NCBI RefSeq assembly: GCF_036321535.1
Contig: NC_087437.1
Location: forward strand, 18,540,001 to 18,604,000
Length of the DNA: 64,000 bases
From: Camelus dromedarius
Lineage: Eukaryota
Direction of reading: 5' to 3'
Both the position numbers and the translations under genes were made by a program. Positions 63,617-64,000 of the stretch are shown here, in pieces. The notes beneath the pieces are model-generated. The model made no database searches and was not told where the DNA came from. It was given only the letters and a program-made list of their open reading frames with translations. The stretch's first letter is position 1, and every line of letters begins with the position of its first letter.

Positions 63617-64000
63617 CAATGCTGTCCAAAAGAAATGTAATGTGTGTCACAGTAGTACTGTCTACTAGCCACATTTAAACAGTGAAAAGAAACAAGAATA
63701 TGAAAACAAATATACGTATGTCTATGCATGATTGGAACATTGTGCTGTACACCAGAAGTCGACACACTGTAATTAACTGTACTTAAATTTAAAAAAAAAA
63801 AGAAAGAAAAAGAAACAAGTGACATTAATTTTAATATTTAACCCAATATATCCAAAATATTTTAATTTAATACATAATATATTAATTTTTTTCTACACTA
63901 AGTCTTCTAAATCCAGTGTGTAATTTTATACTTGTAGCACATCTCAATTGAGACTAGTGCTATTTCAAGTGATCAAAAGCTATGTGGTAGCAGTTACTGT
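63617..64000. mobile_element. MER33/MER3-like hAT element interrupted by a 111-nt L1 tail (63697-63807)
   Basis: gctgtccaa..gaaat start, ctagccacattt, acttgtagcacatctcaatt; insert flanked by TSD AAAAGAAACAAG (63685, 63808). Confidence 0.75.

Noticed and set aside
1..64000. CRISPR array, operon, defence or other prokaryotic system
   Set aside because: Spliced mammalian genes and mammalian repeats throughout; no regularly spaced repeat-spacer array seen

Overview
Eukaryotic (mammalian, very probably camelid, judged from two tRNA-derived SINEs resembling Vic-1) genomic DNA. It holds the complete 23-exon ESYT3 (extended synaptotagmin-3) coding sequence on the + strand: ATG 4816 to TGA 51045, all GT-AG introns, exon lengths summing to 2661 nt = 886 aa + stop. 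It also holds the last five coding exons of CEP70 on the - strand, converging tail-to-tail. The rest is a CpG-island promoter, introns and interspersed repeats (L1, L2, MIR, MLT1 LTRs, hAT DNA-transposon remnants, microsatellites); repeat family names come from recalled consensus motifs and need RepeatMasker/Dfam confirmation. I see no CRISPR array or prokaryote-type system, and no clearly new multi-gene system. Best second-look items: (1) a perfect, tailless retrocopy of the 5' half of tRNA-Glu(CTC) with an exact 18-bp target-site duplication in ESYT3 intron 1; (2) a 20-bp tandem duplication of the exon-6 splice acceptor; (3) a 34-bp 5'UTR duplication overlapping a uORF stop; (4) an old-type L1 tail nested in a younger L1 whose close match lies 8 kb downstream in a chimeric L1; (5) several candidate routes to C2C-less E-Syt3 isoforms.
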